NCBI GenBank assembly: GCA_963768625.1
Contig: CAVYIK010000001.1
Span: forward strand, 2,706 to 66,705
DNA: 64,000 nucleotides
Origin: an uncultured bacterium
GTDB lineage: Bacteria; Patescibacteriota; Minisyncoccia; UBA6257; 2-01-FULL-56-20
Direction: 5' to 3'
Shown: positions 41,654 to 49,802 of the stretch, one piece after another
Layout of the letters: every line of letters starts with the position of its first letter
How positions within the stretch are numbered: the stretch's first letter is position 1
Translations under genes and position numbers: made by a program
The notes under the pieces: generated by a model
What the model saw: only the letters and a program-made list of their open reading frames with translations
Databases searched by the model: none
What the model was told of the DNA's origin: nothing

Positions 41654-41809
41654 ATGAAGCATTATATTTGTAGCGGCGATTGCGGCGGGGTATCCGAAAA
41701 GCCGGGGGTGTGCCAAGCGCAGACCTGCCCTGAGCACGGACAACCGCTTAGCGAGTGCGAGTGCGCCGACGGGAAGCACGGGAAAGAGAAGGGGAAAGGA
41801 AAGAAATAG
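41654..41809 (+). CDS. Small cysteine-rich (putative metal-binding) protein, 51 aa, below the track cut-off
   Basis: ATG 41654 to TAG 41807-41809 encodes MKHYICSGDCGGVSEKPGVCQAQTCPEHGQPLSECECADGKHGKEKGKGKK. A TATAAT lies about 38 nt upstream. It overlaps the 3' tail of mpg in antisense. Confidence 0.4.
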   Translation: MKHYICSGDCGGVSEKPGVCQAQTCPEHGQPLSECECADGKHGKEKGKGKK

Positions 41810-42356
41810 GAAGATAAAAATTATATCGTTTGTTCGCCCAAACGGGGCCGGCGTAGTCGACGCCGATCCGTTTTCGCGCGGCGGTCGCCGTGCGGGGCAC
41901 CGTAATGCCTCTGTCTTCGAACCAGAGGCCGTTCTTTTTTGAGGCGAGTGCGCCGTTCTGCGCCCGGCCGATATTCAAAAATTTCGTCAGACGTGCGGGG
42001 CCGTTTACGTGGCGAACGGCACTGGTGCGCGGGCCTTCAAGAACCCCGCCGCGCAGGAGGACGGCCGCAGGATAATCGCGCGGCCCCGTCACGATGTTCA
42101 CGAGCCAGTGCATGCCATAGGTAAAATAGACGTAAAAATAGCCTGCCGGGCCGAACATGGGGCGGTTGCGCGGCGTCATGCCGCGGCTTGCATGCGAAGC
42201 CCTATCGTGCGGCCCGTCATAGGCCTCCACTTCAGTGATCATGAGGGCGCGTGTCCGTCCGCGGTAGCGCCGGACGAGATATTTCCCGAGAAGGCCGCGG
42301 GCGACCGCGAGCGTCGGGCGGTCAAAAAATGTCCGCATAAGTACCCTTTTTCTCAT
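41748..42356 (-). CDS. mpg: DNA-3-methyladenine glycosylase (Mpg/AAG family)
   Basis: FFDRPTLAVARGLLGKYLV...ITEVEAYDGPHDRASHA...GYFYVYFTYGMHWLVNIVTG are present. The start is chosen at MRKRVLMRTFF (42356). The C-terminal ~20 aa look like run-on. Confidence 0.85.
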   Translation of the reverse strand: MRKRVLMRTFFDRPTLAVARGLLGKYLVRRYRGRTRALMITEVEAYDGPHDRASHASRGMTPRNRPMFGPAGYFYVYFTYGMHWLVNIVTGPRDYPAAVLLRGGVLEGPRTSAVRHVNGPARLTKFLNIGRAQNGALASKKNGLWFEDRGITVPRTATAARKRIGVDYAGPVWANKRYNFYLPISFLSPSLSRASRRRTRTR

Positions 42357-42367
42357 TGCGTTCGTAG

Positions 42368-42373
42368 TATAAT
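42368..42373 (+). promoter_or_regulatory. Candidate -10 box TATAAT, 12 nt upstream of the ATG at 42386
   Basis: The sequence reads cgtagtataatagtaaagcaattATG. Confidence 0.45.
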
Positions 42374-42385
42374 AGTAAAGCAATT

Positions 42386-44827
42386 ATGGACGAACGGAAA
42401 CAAACCATTCCGACCATCCTTGTGGTCTTGGGGGCCACGGGCGACCTCATGACGAAAAAGATCGTCCCGGCTCTTTTTAATTTGCATGAGAAAAAGCGGC
42501 TGCCGCCGCACTTTGAATTGGTGGGCGTCTCGCGGCGCGATTGGAGAGACGAAGATTTGAAGAAACACGTCCGCGCCATCCTGGACGTGAAAGCGCCGCA
42601 TGCATCCTCATCTTCCATCGCGTCGTTCCTTGAGCTCGCGACCTACCACAAATTGACATTCGATTCGCTTGAAGATTATCGCGCGCTCTACGACCGCCTG
42701 AAGCGCATCGACGACGAATGGGGCATGTGCGCAAACAAGCTTTTTTATCTCTCGGTCCCGCCGCAGTTCTATGACCAGATCCTTACGAACATCCACGAAA
42801 GCCATCTCGCCGACGGCTGCGGCCCCAACGAAGGATGGACGCGCGTGATCGTGGAGAAGCCCTTCGGGAGCGACGAGAAAAGCGCGAAAGCGCTGGACGC
42901 GCGGCTTGCGAAGCTTTTCAAAGAGGAGCAGATCTACCGCATTGACCATTATCTCGCGAAAGAGACGTTCCAGAATATCCTCGCGTTCAGATTTTTCAAC
43001 AATCTTTTTGAGGACGATTGGGGGAGCGATCTTATAGAAAAGATCTATGTCCGAGAATACGAGAACATCGGCGTGGAAGACCGCGGAGCATTCTATGATC
43101 CCGTAGGGGCGCTTCGCGATGTGGGTCAAAACCATTTGCTGCAAATGGTCGCGCTTGCCACGATGGACCAGCCGGAAAGCCTGGATGCGGCAGCGGTCCG
43201 CAAAAGCAGAGCCGCGCTTCTCGAGACGCTCATACCGCCGTCCGCGCGCGAGGCGGGAGAGCGGACATTCCGTGCGCAGTACGAAGGCTACCGTTCCGTA
43301 AAAGGCGTTGCGCCCCATTCGGAAACGGAGACCTATTTCCGCGTGAAGGTGTCCCTTTCTCACCCGAAGTGGCAGGGCGTGCCGATCGTGATGGAGGCGG
43401 GAAAGCGGCTGATCGATCCTAAGAAAGGGGAAGAGGTCACGGAAGTAGAGGTTATCTTCAGGCATCCGCAGCCATGCCTGTGCCCGCCCGGGAAGCACTA
43501 CAAGAACTCGCTCGTATTCCGCCAGGATCCAAAGGAGGGCATCACCATCCATTTTTGGTCAAAGAAAGCCGGCTTCGCTATGGAGCTTGAGGAGCGAACT
43601 TTTGAGTTCAATCTCCGGCATGCAGAGCACAAGGCGCAATACACGGAGGAGTATGAAAAATTACTTTTGGATTGTATTGCGGGCGACCAGATGCTTTTCG
43701 TTTCGAGCGAAGAGATCGCTGCGATGTGGCGGTTTGTTGATCCGATCCTCGGCGCATGGCGGACAGGCGCAGTGCCGCTCCGGCAATATGCTCCGGGCAG
43801 CTTGGCGGTGGTCGCGGAAGCGGCGGTGATAGACGAGGCCGCTTCGCGGGGCAAGGGCGCGAGCGTCCTGCCAAAAGAGATCGGCGTTTTCGGGCTTGGC
43901 AAAATGGGTGCGAATGTTGCGCGGCAACTGCGCGAAAAGGGATGGCGCGTCACGGTATCCAACCGCTCGCCCGCGCCGATACGGGAAATAGAGAAAGAGG
44001 GATTTGAAACCGCATATTCTCCGGAATCACTGGTCGCCAAACTGAAAACGCCGCGCGTGATATGGCTTATGATCACGGCAGGGAAGGGCGTAGACGAATT
44101 TTTGTTCGGCAAGGGCGGCCGGAGCGGCGCAAACGGCGGCATCGTGAAGCACCTCAAGAAGGGCGACATTGTCATTGACGCCGGCAATTCTTTCTTTGAA
44201 GACAGCGCGCGCCGCGCGAAGCTTTTGCACAAGCGTGGCATCCGCTTCACGGACGTCGGTTTCTCCGGCGGCCCGCGCGGCGCGCGTGAGGGCGGCTCGC
44301 TCATGATCGGCGGCGAACGCGCGACATTCGAATACCTCGAGCCGCTCTTTAAAGACCTTTCGGTGCCTCTCGGCTACGCACATTTCGGCGATGCGGGCGC
44401 CGGGCATTTCGTGAAAATGGTCCACAACGGTATCGAATACGGCATGATGCAGTCGCTTGCAGAAGGATTTGCCTTGATGAAGAAGTCGCCTTTCAAGCTT
44501 GACCTCGAAAAAATCGCGCATATCTATAACCGCGGTAGCGTAATTGAGTCGCGGCTCGTCGGATGGATGGAAGACGCTTTTCGGGCATATGGCGAGGATC
44601 TGAAAGAAGTGTCCGGCTCGGTCGCCGCGACCGGTGAAGGCGAATGGACCGTGAAAACCGGCAAAAAATGGAAGATGAAACTTCCCGCGATAGAGGACGC
44701 ATTCAGGTTCCGCGTGCAATCGCAGAAAAGGCCGAGCTATCTTGGGCGGATCCTCTCTGCCCTGCGGAATCAGTTTGGCGGACATTCGATAAAGCATGAG
44801 ACAAAACAAAACAATAAGAAGCGTTGA
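42386..44827 (+). CDS. zwf: Fusion of glucose-6-phosphate 1-dehydrogenase (N-terminal ~490 aa) with a short-form decarboxylating 6-phosphogluconate dehydrogenase (C-terminal ~310 aa)
   Basis: G6PD motifs are LGATGDLMTKK, VEKPFGSD and RIDHYLAKE. After a linker come the 6PGDH motifs IGVFGLGKMGANVA, GNSFFEDS, DVGFSGGPRGAREG and AGHFVKMVHNGIEYGMMQ. It is a single 813-codon open frame. Confidence 0.9.
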   Translation: MDERKQTIPTILVVLGATGDLMTKKIVPALFNLHEKKRLPPHFELVGVSRRDWRDEDLKKHVRAILDVKAPHASSSSIASFLELATYHKLTFDSLEDYRALYDRLKRIDDEWGMCANKLFYLSVPPQFYDQILTNIHESHLADGCGPNEGWTRVIVEKPFGSDEKSAKALDARLAKLFKEEQIYRIDHYLAKETFQNILAFRFFNNLFEDDWGSDLIEKIYVREYENIGVEDRGAFYDPVGALRDVGQNHLLQMVALATMDQPESLDAAAVRKSRAALLETLIPPSAREAGERTFRAQYEGYRSVKGVAPHSETETYFRVKVSLSHPKWQGVPIVMEAGKRLIDPKKGEEVTEVEVIFRHPQPCLCPPGKHYKNSLVFRQDPKEGITIHFWSKKAGFAMELEERTFEFNLRHAEHKAQYTEEYEKLLLDCIAGDQMLFVSSEEIAAMWRFVDPILGAWRTGAVPLRQYAPGSLAVVAEAAVIDEAASRGKGASVLPKEIGVFGLGKMGANVARQLREKGWRVTVSNRSPAPIREIEKEGFETAYSPESLVAKLKTPRVIWLMITAGKGVDEFLFGKGGRSGANGGIVKHLKKGDIVIDAGNSFFEDSARRAKLLHKRGIRFTDVGFSGGPRGAREGGSLMIGGERATFEYLEPLFKDLSVPLGYAHFGDAGAGHFVKMVHNGIEYGMMQSLAEGFALMKKSPFKLDLEKIAHIYNRGSVIESRLVGWMEDAFRAYGEDLKEVSGSVAATGEGEWTVKTGKKWKMKLPAIEDAFRFRVQSQKRPSYLGRILSALRNQFGGHSIKHETKQNNKKR

Positions 44828-44957
44828 GAAGCTCCATCATTTCCGCTGCAAGGCATGCAGGAAATGGTGGTCGGTGGGGGATGCCCCTGCATCCAAAACA
44901 CAGTGGCATTGCCCTTGGTGCGGAAAGGCGAATAAATATATAATAAAAGCAATATGA
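44796..44957 (+). CDS. Possible 53-aa zinc-ribbon protein (CxxC...CxxC), below the track cut-off
   Basis: ATG 44796 to TGA 44955-44957 encodes MRQNKTIRSVEKLHHFRCKACRKWWSVGDAPASKTQWHCPWCGKANKYIIKAI. It overlaps the zwf-gnd 3' end by 32 nt and the next gene's ATG. Confidence 0.35.
   Translation: MRQNKTIRSVEKLHHFRCKACRKWWSVGDAPASKTQWHCPWCGKANKYIIKAI
44939..44944 (+). promoter_or_regulatory. Candidate -10 box TATAAT, 9 nt upstream of the ATG at 44954
   Basis: The sequence reads aaatatataataaaagcaatATGatc. Confidence 0.4.
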
Positions 44958-45931
44958 TCCTCGACGACATCAAGAACTACCAAAAGCAGTTCGCGTACGA
45001 GCCGAAGGTGGAGAATGCGGCGAAGCTCGGCAAGCGGAAATTCACGAAGTTCATCGTGGTGGGCATGGGCGGATCGCACCTTGCGGCGGATATTTTGAAG
45101 GCATGGCATCCGGAATTGGACATCATTATATGGCCGAATTACGGCCTCCCGCCGCTTCGCGAGAAGGACCTCCGCGAGCGGCTTATCATCGCAAGTTCGT
45201 ATTCCGGGAATACCGAGGAGACCATTGATGCGTTCAATGCCGCGCGCGCGAAGCATCTTACGGTAGCGGTCGCCGCTACGCGCGGGAAATTGATCTCCCT
45301 CGCGGAGAAGAACAAGGCGCCCTACGTGCAAATGCCGGATTTCCATATGCAGCCCCGGATGGCAACGGGATTGAGCTTGCTCGCCCTGCTCGCCCTCATC
45401 GGCGAAAAGGCTTGGCTTGCGGAAGCGAAGGATCTCGCCACGCTCTTGCATCCGGCACGCGAGGAGCATCGCGGCCGCGACCTTGCGAAGCGGCTCCACG
45501 AGACAGTGCCAGTGATTTATGCTTCAGCAAAGAACGCCGCGGTCGCCTATAACTGGAAGATCAAATTCAACGAAACAGGAAAGATCCCGGCATTCTGCAA
45601 TGTTGTGCCGGAGCTGAACCATAATGAAATGACCGGCTTTGACGCGAAAGGGAGGACGCTGCCGCTCTCGCGCCATTTCCATTTCGTCTTCCTGAAGGAC
45701 GGCGGGGACGACCAGCGCGTGACGAAGCGCATGAGCGTTTTGGAAAAGCTTTACCACGATCGTGGCTTCAAAGTGGAGGTGGTCCTTCTCCAGGGGAAGA
45801 ACGAACTGCATAAGATCTTTGGCGCATTGAACCTTGCCGATTGGACCGCATACCACACGGCCGGTCTCTACGGCGCGGATCCCGAACAAGTGCCGATGGT
45901 GGAGGAGTTCAAGAAGCTGATAGGGAGATAG
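44954..45931 (+). CDS. Bifunctional phosphoglucose/phosphomannose isomerase (SIS-domain, archaeal-type PGI/PMI)
   Basis: FIVVGMGGSHLAADIL, IASSYSGNTEETI, QPRMATGLS and NWKIKFNETGKIPAFCNVVPELNHNEM are present. Confidence 0.8.
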   Translation: MILDDIKNYQKQFAYEPKVENAAKLGKRKFTKFIVVGMGGSHLAADILKAWHPELDIIIWPNYGLPPLREKDLRERLIIASSYSGNTEETIDAFNAARAKHLTVAVAATRGKLISLAEKNKAPYVQMPDFHMQPRMATGLSLLALLALIGEKAWLAEAKDLATLLHPAREEHRGRDLAKRLHETVPVIYASAKNAAVAYNWKIKFNETGKIPAFCNVVPELNHNEMTGFDAKGRTLPLSRHFHFVFLKDGGDDQRVTKRMSVLEKLYHDRGFKVEVVLLQGKNELHKIFGALNLADWTAYHTAGLYGADPEQVPMVEEFKKLIGR

Positions 45932-45971
45932 AAAGCGACGACCGCAGAGCCGCCCGCCCGGACGCATATCC

Positions 45972-46418
45972 TTACTGCAGGTGCTTCTTCAGAATTGCCC
46001 CGTAGATGTCTTCGCGCGTGACAATGCCGACGAGCTTTCCGTTGTCCATCACCGGCAAGCGGTGGAGATTGCGCGCGAGCATGAGTCCGCCCGCATGGAG
46101 GATGGGCGCACCGGCGTCAATCGTTATCGCTTGCTTGCTCATGAACTTTTCCACGGGCTGCTTGCGTATGGTCTCGATCTCTTCCTCCTGCCGTTCCTGG
46201 TCGTAGTACGCGTGCGGTTCCAGAATGTATTCTTCGTACAAAGGATACATGGCGCGGAAAAGATCCTTTTCTGAAATGACGCCTACGAGCTTGCCTTGCC
46301 CGTTCACGATCGGCGCGCCGCTTATTTTGTTTTCGTGGAGAACCCTGACCGCCTCTTCGTACGTTGCAGAAGGGGAGATGGTAATGACCGAAGTTATCAT
46401 GACCTCGCGCACTTTCAT
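45972..46418 (-). CDS. CBS domain-pair protein
   Basis: Two CBS repeats are present: VREVMITSVITISP...ISGAPIVNGQGKLVGVISEKDL and VEKFMSKQAITIDA...LHRLPVMDNGKLVGIVTRED. Confidence 0.9.
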   Translation of the reverse strand: MKVREVMITSVITISPSATYEEAVRVLHENKISGAPIVNGQGKLVGVISEKDLFRAMYPLYEEYILEPHAYYDQERQEEEIETIRKQPVEKFMSKQAITIDAGAPILHAGGLMLARNLHRLPVMDNGKLVGIVTREDIYGAILKKHLQ

Positions 46419-46483
46419 AGCTTCATTCTACTGCGCTCCGCAAGGGGCCTGTTCATAAACGGGGTATAACCCCGTGAGGATAT

Positions 46484-46511
46484 AAAAAATCCACTCGCGG
46501 AGAGCGAGTGG
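46484..46511 (-). terminator. Rho-independent terminator (minus strand)
   Basis: The minus strand reads ccactcgc-tctcc-gcgagtgg followed by atttttt. The stem is 8 bp. Confidence 0.65.
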
Positions 46512-46711
46512 TACCCAGCAGAACCGGGATCATAGAACGTGACGGGGTTCTTTCCCGGGCTTCAGGAAACCCTGCTTAATGAGGAGGTAGACGAACGTGA
46601 TGGTCGCGCAAATTGTCGTCCAGCCGATCTTTTGTGTGAGCTTCATTATTGCCCTCCTTAGGGCCTTTTGGGCTGAATGTAGGATAGGGCAAAGCGTCCC
46701 TTCTATCAAGG

Positions 46712-47344
46712 TCAGATGCGTTCTTTGATGAAGGTGATAAGCCGTCGCCTTCTTTCTTTGCTTCGGAGAAGCGCCGTGAGCGCGGGTATCAATGAGACGG
46801 CAGCTATCGCCGCAACGATCCATAACGCATATTGGCTTGCGTTCGGGATAGCCTTTCCCAGAAAGTAGCCGAGCAGCGTTATGCTTACTGCCCAGAAAAG
46901 GGCGCCGATAACGTTATAGGTTACGAACAAGGAGTAACGCATTTTGCCTATGCCTGCGAACAGGGGCGCAAGCGTGCGGACAAAAGGTACGAACCTTGCG
47001 ATAAGGATCGTTTTGCCGCCGTGCTTTCGATAGAAATCCTCCGCTTCTTTGACGTACGCCTCATCAAAGAACAGCGAACGCTTCTCGGTAAAAATTTTCG
47101 CCCCATACTTTTTCCCAAGCGCATATTCGGCGCTGTCCGCAAGCACTGCCGCGCAGAATATGATCGCGATGACCGCGAAGAGATTGAGATCGCCGAGCGA
47201 GCTCAAGAGCCCTGCCGCGAACGCGAGCGTCTCGCCGCCGGGCACCACAAGCCCGATGACCAACCCCGTTTCTATAAAGATGAGGCCGAAGAGGCCGAGG
47301 TAGCCGCCGGCAAGGAGGAACGCGGTAGCGTTGAACGAAGACAT
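46712..47344 (-). CDS. dedA: DedA-family membrane protein
   Basis: FIETGLVIGLVVPGGETLAFAAG..., ...HGGKTILIARFVPFVRTLAPLFAGIGKMRY are present. Confidence 0.9.
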   Translation of the reverse strand: MSSFNATAFLLAGGYLGLFGLIFIETGLVIGLVVPGGETLAFAAGLLSSLGDLNLFAVIAIIFCAAVLADSAEYALGKKYGAKIFTEKRSLFFDEAYVKEAEDFYRKHGGKTILIARFVPFVRTLAPLFAGIGKMRYSLFVTYNVIGALFWAVSITLLGYFLGKAIPNASQYALWIVAAIAAVSLIPALTALLRSKERRRRLITFIKERI

Positions 47345-47365
47345 ATCTCTTTTATGTGAATTGAT

Positions 47366-47393
47366 AGAAAAAGGGGCCTTTGCAGAAAGCCCC
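47366..47393 (-). terminator. Probable terminator after the 78-aa gene (minus strand)
   Basis: ggggc(c)ttt-gcag-aaagcccc is a stem with a one-base bulge. The minus strand is followed by ttttt. Confidence 0.5.
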
Positions 47394-47629
47394 TATAGAA
47401 AGACCCTCGAAACCTTATGAGGTGTTGCGGACTCAGGCGGCTCTCTGAATACTATTTTCCCGAGAAGCCATTGGGTGTAGCACCTCTTGCCTTCGTACTG
47501 GTGGTAGTAAGTGTGATTCCCGCTGGGATCGCGGTGGTCAGCGAACGGCTCGCCCGGAACGAGTTTGTCGCCCGGATCAATCGTCGAATGACAATATCCG
47601 CATTCCCTAGGAGGATCGCCTTGCGCCAT
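47393..47629 (-). CDS. Hypothetical small protein
   Basis: The 78-aa ORF (MAQGDPPRECGYCHSTIDPGD...) has a terminator after it. No family was recognised. Confidence 0.45.
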   Translation of the reverse strand: MAQGDPPRECGYCHSTIDPGDKLVPGEPFADHRDPSGNHTYYHQYEGKRCYTQWLLGKIVFREPPESATPHKVSRVFL

Positions 47630-47771
47630 GGTCCACCCCCTTCTTCTCCTGTCATTATAAAACCCATGCTTGGCGCGTCAATCCGCTCCGGCGGGCAGGG
47701 GAGGTAAGAGCTTGGTATAATAGAAGGGACAACGTATTTGGCCAAAGGTCGAGCATAATCAAAACATACAA

Positions 47772-48002
47772 ATGGACAATAACGGTGTAAAAATGGTCGG
47801 GAAGACATGCGGCTGCGGATGCCACAAGGTCATGCCGATCCTCGTCATTCTTTTTGGATTGGCTTTCTTGCTTGGGTCGCTCGGCGTCCTCACGTGGGGA
47901 TTCGTGGACGTCATCTGGCCGATCCTCGTCATCATCGCGGGATGCGTGAAGCTCGGGAAGAGATCCTGCGGTTGCTGCGCGAACCACCAAGGAAAGATGT
48001 AA
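47772..48002 (+). CDS. Small membrane protein with Cys clusters at both ends
   Basis: [11 protein letters not shown] is followed by two TM helices and then [15 protein letters not shown] canonical terminator follows. Confidence 0.6.
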   Translation: MDNNGVKMVGKTCGCGCHKVMPILVILFGLAFLLGSLGVLTWGFVDVIWPILVIIAGCVKLGKRSCGCCANHQGKM

Positions 48003-48025
48003 GGACCGTGCTCCGAAAGAAAAGG

Positions 48026-48047
48026 TGCCCCTTCGGGGGCATTTTTT
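48026..48047 (+). terminator. Rho-independent terminator
   Basis: tgcccc-ttcg-ggggca has a 6-bp stem and a UUCG loop, followed by tttttt. It lies inside the 5' part of track ORF 48025..48684, so pdaD must start further downstream. Confidence 0.8.
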
Positions 48048-48066
48048 CTTTTGCGCGCGCCAAGAA

Positions 48067-48684
48067 ATGTTCTATAATTATTTCGTGGACAATTTAATTC
48101 CCAAGGGGATGTTCTTTACGAAGGGAGTCGGGCGCCACAAGGAGCATCTGCAGTCGTTCGAGATGGCGCTGCGCGATGCGGGCATCGCCGAATATAACCT
48201 CGTGCAGGTGAGCTCCATTTTCCCGCCGAACTGCAAAAGGATATCAAAGGAGGAAGGCAAGAAACTCTTGAGCCCGGGCCAGGTCGTGTTTTGCGTGATG
48301 GCCAGGAACGCGACGAACGAACCGAACCGGCTCATCGTCTCGTCCATCGGCCTCGCCCAGCCGGTCGACCCGAATCAGTACGGCTACCTTTCGGAACATC
48401 ATACGTTCGGCGAGACCGAGGAGAAAGCAGGGGAATACGCCGAGGACCTGGCGGCGACGATGCTCGCCTCGACGCTCGGTTTGGAATTTGATCCCAACGC
48501 TGCATGGGACGAAAGGGAACAGGTGTATAAATCATCTGGTAAGATATTCAAGACGACGAACATCACCCAGTCGGCGGAAGGCAACAAGGACGGCCTTTGG
48601 ACAAGCGTGGTCGCCGTCGCCGTGCTCGTTTTTGAACTAAGGCAAGAGGGCGGCACCATTGACACGGGGGCGCCAAAATCGTAG
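48067..48684 (+). CDS. pdaD: Pyruvoyl-dependent arginine decarboxylase
   Basis: [44 protein letters not shown] contains the Ser-Ser self-cleavage site. The start is ambiguous: ATG 48067, GTG 48085 (6 nt after TATAAT 48073-48078) or ATG 48109. Confidence 0.85.
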   Translation: MFYNYFVDNLIPKGMFFTKGVGRHKEHLQSFEMALRDAGIAEYNLVQVSSIFPPNCKRISKEEGKKLLSPGQVVFCVMARNATNEPNRLIVSSIGLAQPVDPNQYGYLSEHHTFGETEEKAGEYAEDLAATMLASTLGLEFDPNAAWDEREQVYKSSGKIFKTTNITQSAEGNKDGLWTSVVAVAVLVFELRQEGGTIDTGAPKS

Positions 48685-48735
48685 AGTTGAGCTGCTTCAA
48701 AGCTGAAGCAAATAGCACATCACATCATCAAGGGG

Positions 48736-49728
48736 GTGAAAGGCATGGGGGATACGAGGCACGTTCTTGAGGCACAGCAGTTTGACATCCCGCGATTGTT
48801 GCGGCTCTTTGCTGCTACCGACGAGATCAAGCGTCTTTTCAAAACGCCCAGAGGAACAAGGAAGCTAAGAAAACTTCTCGCGGGCAAACAGATGTACGTT
48901 CTTTTCTATGAGCCATCATTGCGGACGAGAACCTCGTTCTCGAAGGCAGGCATAGATCTTGGTATGGATGTTCTCTACACCGAGGATGCCTCTCAGTTCT
49001 CATCCGCGGTGAAGGGGGAAACGCTTGAGCATACCGTCCGCGTTCTCTGCGGGTACAGATTCGACGTTATCGAACTCCGACATCCCACAGAAGGGTCAGC
49101 AAAACGGGCCGCTGACGTGATCGATTACTATAGCGGCCTGGGCGAGATCAAGCCGGTGGTACTCGTGAACGGCGGCGACGGGAAGGGACAGCACCCGACG
49201 CAAGCGCTTCTGGATGTCTACACCATCCAGAATGAACTCGGCCGTCTTAACGATCTCACCGTTGTCATGGGTGGCGACCTCAAGCACGGACGTACCTGCC
49301 GATCATTGGCATATCTTCTGTCAAAGTTCAAGGGTACCCGTTTTATCTTCGTCTCACCACCGGCATTTCCTATGGGGAAGGATATCCTTGACCATCTCGA
49401 TAAGCATCACGTCCCGTATCATGAAGAAACCGACCTCTTCAAGGCTCTTTCATCGGCAGACGTAGTTTACTGGACGAGGACCCAAACGGAACGCTTGTCC
49501 GGTGAAGAGCGGGCGTTGGACGTGAAGGACTACCATATCGGGGAGAAAGAAGCTTCCTGGATGAAACCGGGCGCGATACTTATGCACCCGCTTCCTATCG
49601 GGGGCGGCGAGATAGCACCGGAAGTCGATAAGTTGCATCGTGCCGCCTATTTCCGACAAGCCGACAACGGCCTGCCGATCAGGATGGCTCTCCTCTGCGA
49701 GGCATTCGACGTTCCGATCCCGGCCTGA
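48736..49728 (+). CDS. Aspartate/ornithine carbamoyltransferase-family protein, ATCase-like but divergent
   Basis: FYEPSLRTRTSF (variant of STRTR), HPTQALLD, GDLKHGRTCRSL and MHPLPIGGGEI (HPLP, without the usual following Arg) are present. Confidence 0.75.
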   Translation: MKGMGDTRHVLEAQQFDIPRLLRLFAATDEIKRLFKTPRGTRKLRKLLAGKQMYVLFYEPSLRTRTSFSKAGIDLGMDVLYTEDASQFSSAVKGETLEHTVRVLCGYRFDVIELRHPTEGSAKRAADVIDYYSGLGEIKPVVLVNGGDGKGQHPTQALLDVYTIQNELGRLNDLTVVMGGDLKHGRTCRSLAYLLSKFKGTRFIFVSPPAFPMGKDILDHLDKHHVPYHEETDLFKALSSADVVYWTRTQTERLSGEERALDVKDYHIGEKEASWMKPGAILMHPLPIGGGEIAPEVDKLHRAAYFRQADNGLPIRMALLCEAFDVPIPA

Positions 49729-49756
49729 TGCCACCGCAGTATGCATGTTAGTAAAA

Positions 49757-49788
49757 ACGGCTTGCTTCACAGCAGCCGTCTTTTTTTT
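49757..49788 (+). terminator. Rho-independent terminator
   Basis: acggct(t)gct-tcac-agcagccgt (9-bp stem with one bulge) is followed by c-tttttttt. Confidence 0.75.
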
Positions 49789-49802
49789 GGTACACTAAGG
49801 GT

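Noticed and set aside
42608-44304. Long minus-strand ORFs (314 aa and 268 aa) opposite the zwf-gnd fusion
   Set aside because: The plus-strand frame carries unambiguous G6PD and 6PGDH motifs over the same bases. The antisense translations are Arg/Pro/Ser-rich with no features.
46530-46823. 97-aa minus-strand ORF overlapping the 3' end of dedA
   Set aside because: Most of it overlaps the DedA reading frame out of frame. Only a 38-aa hydrophobic tail (46530..46646) is unique, which is too weak to call.
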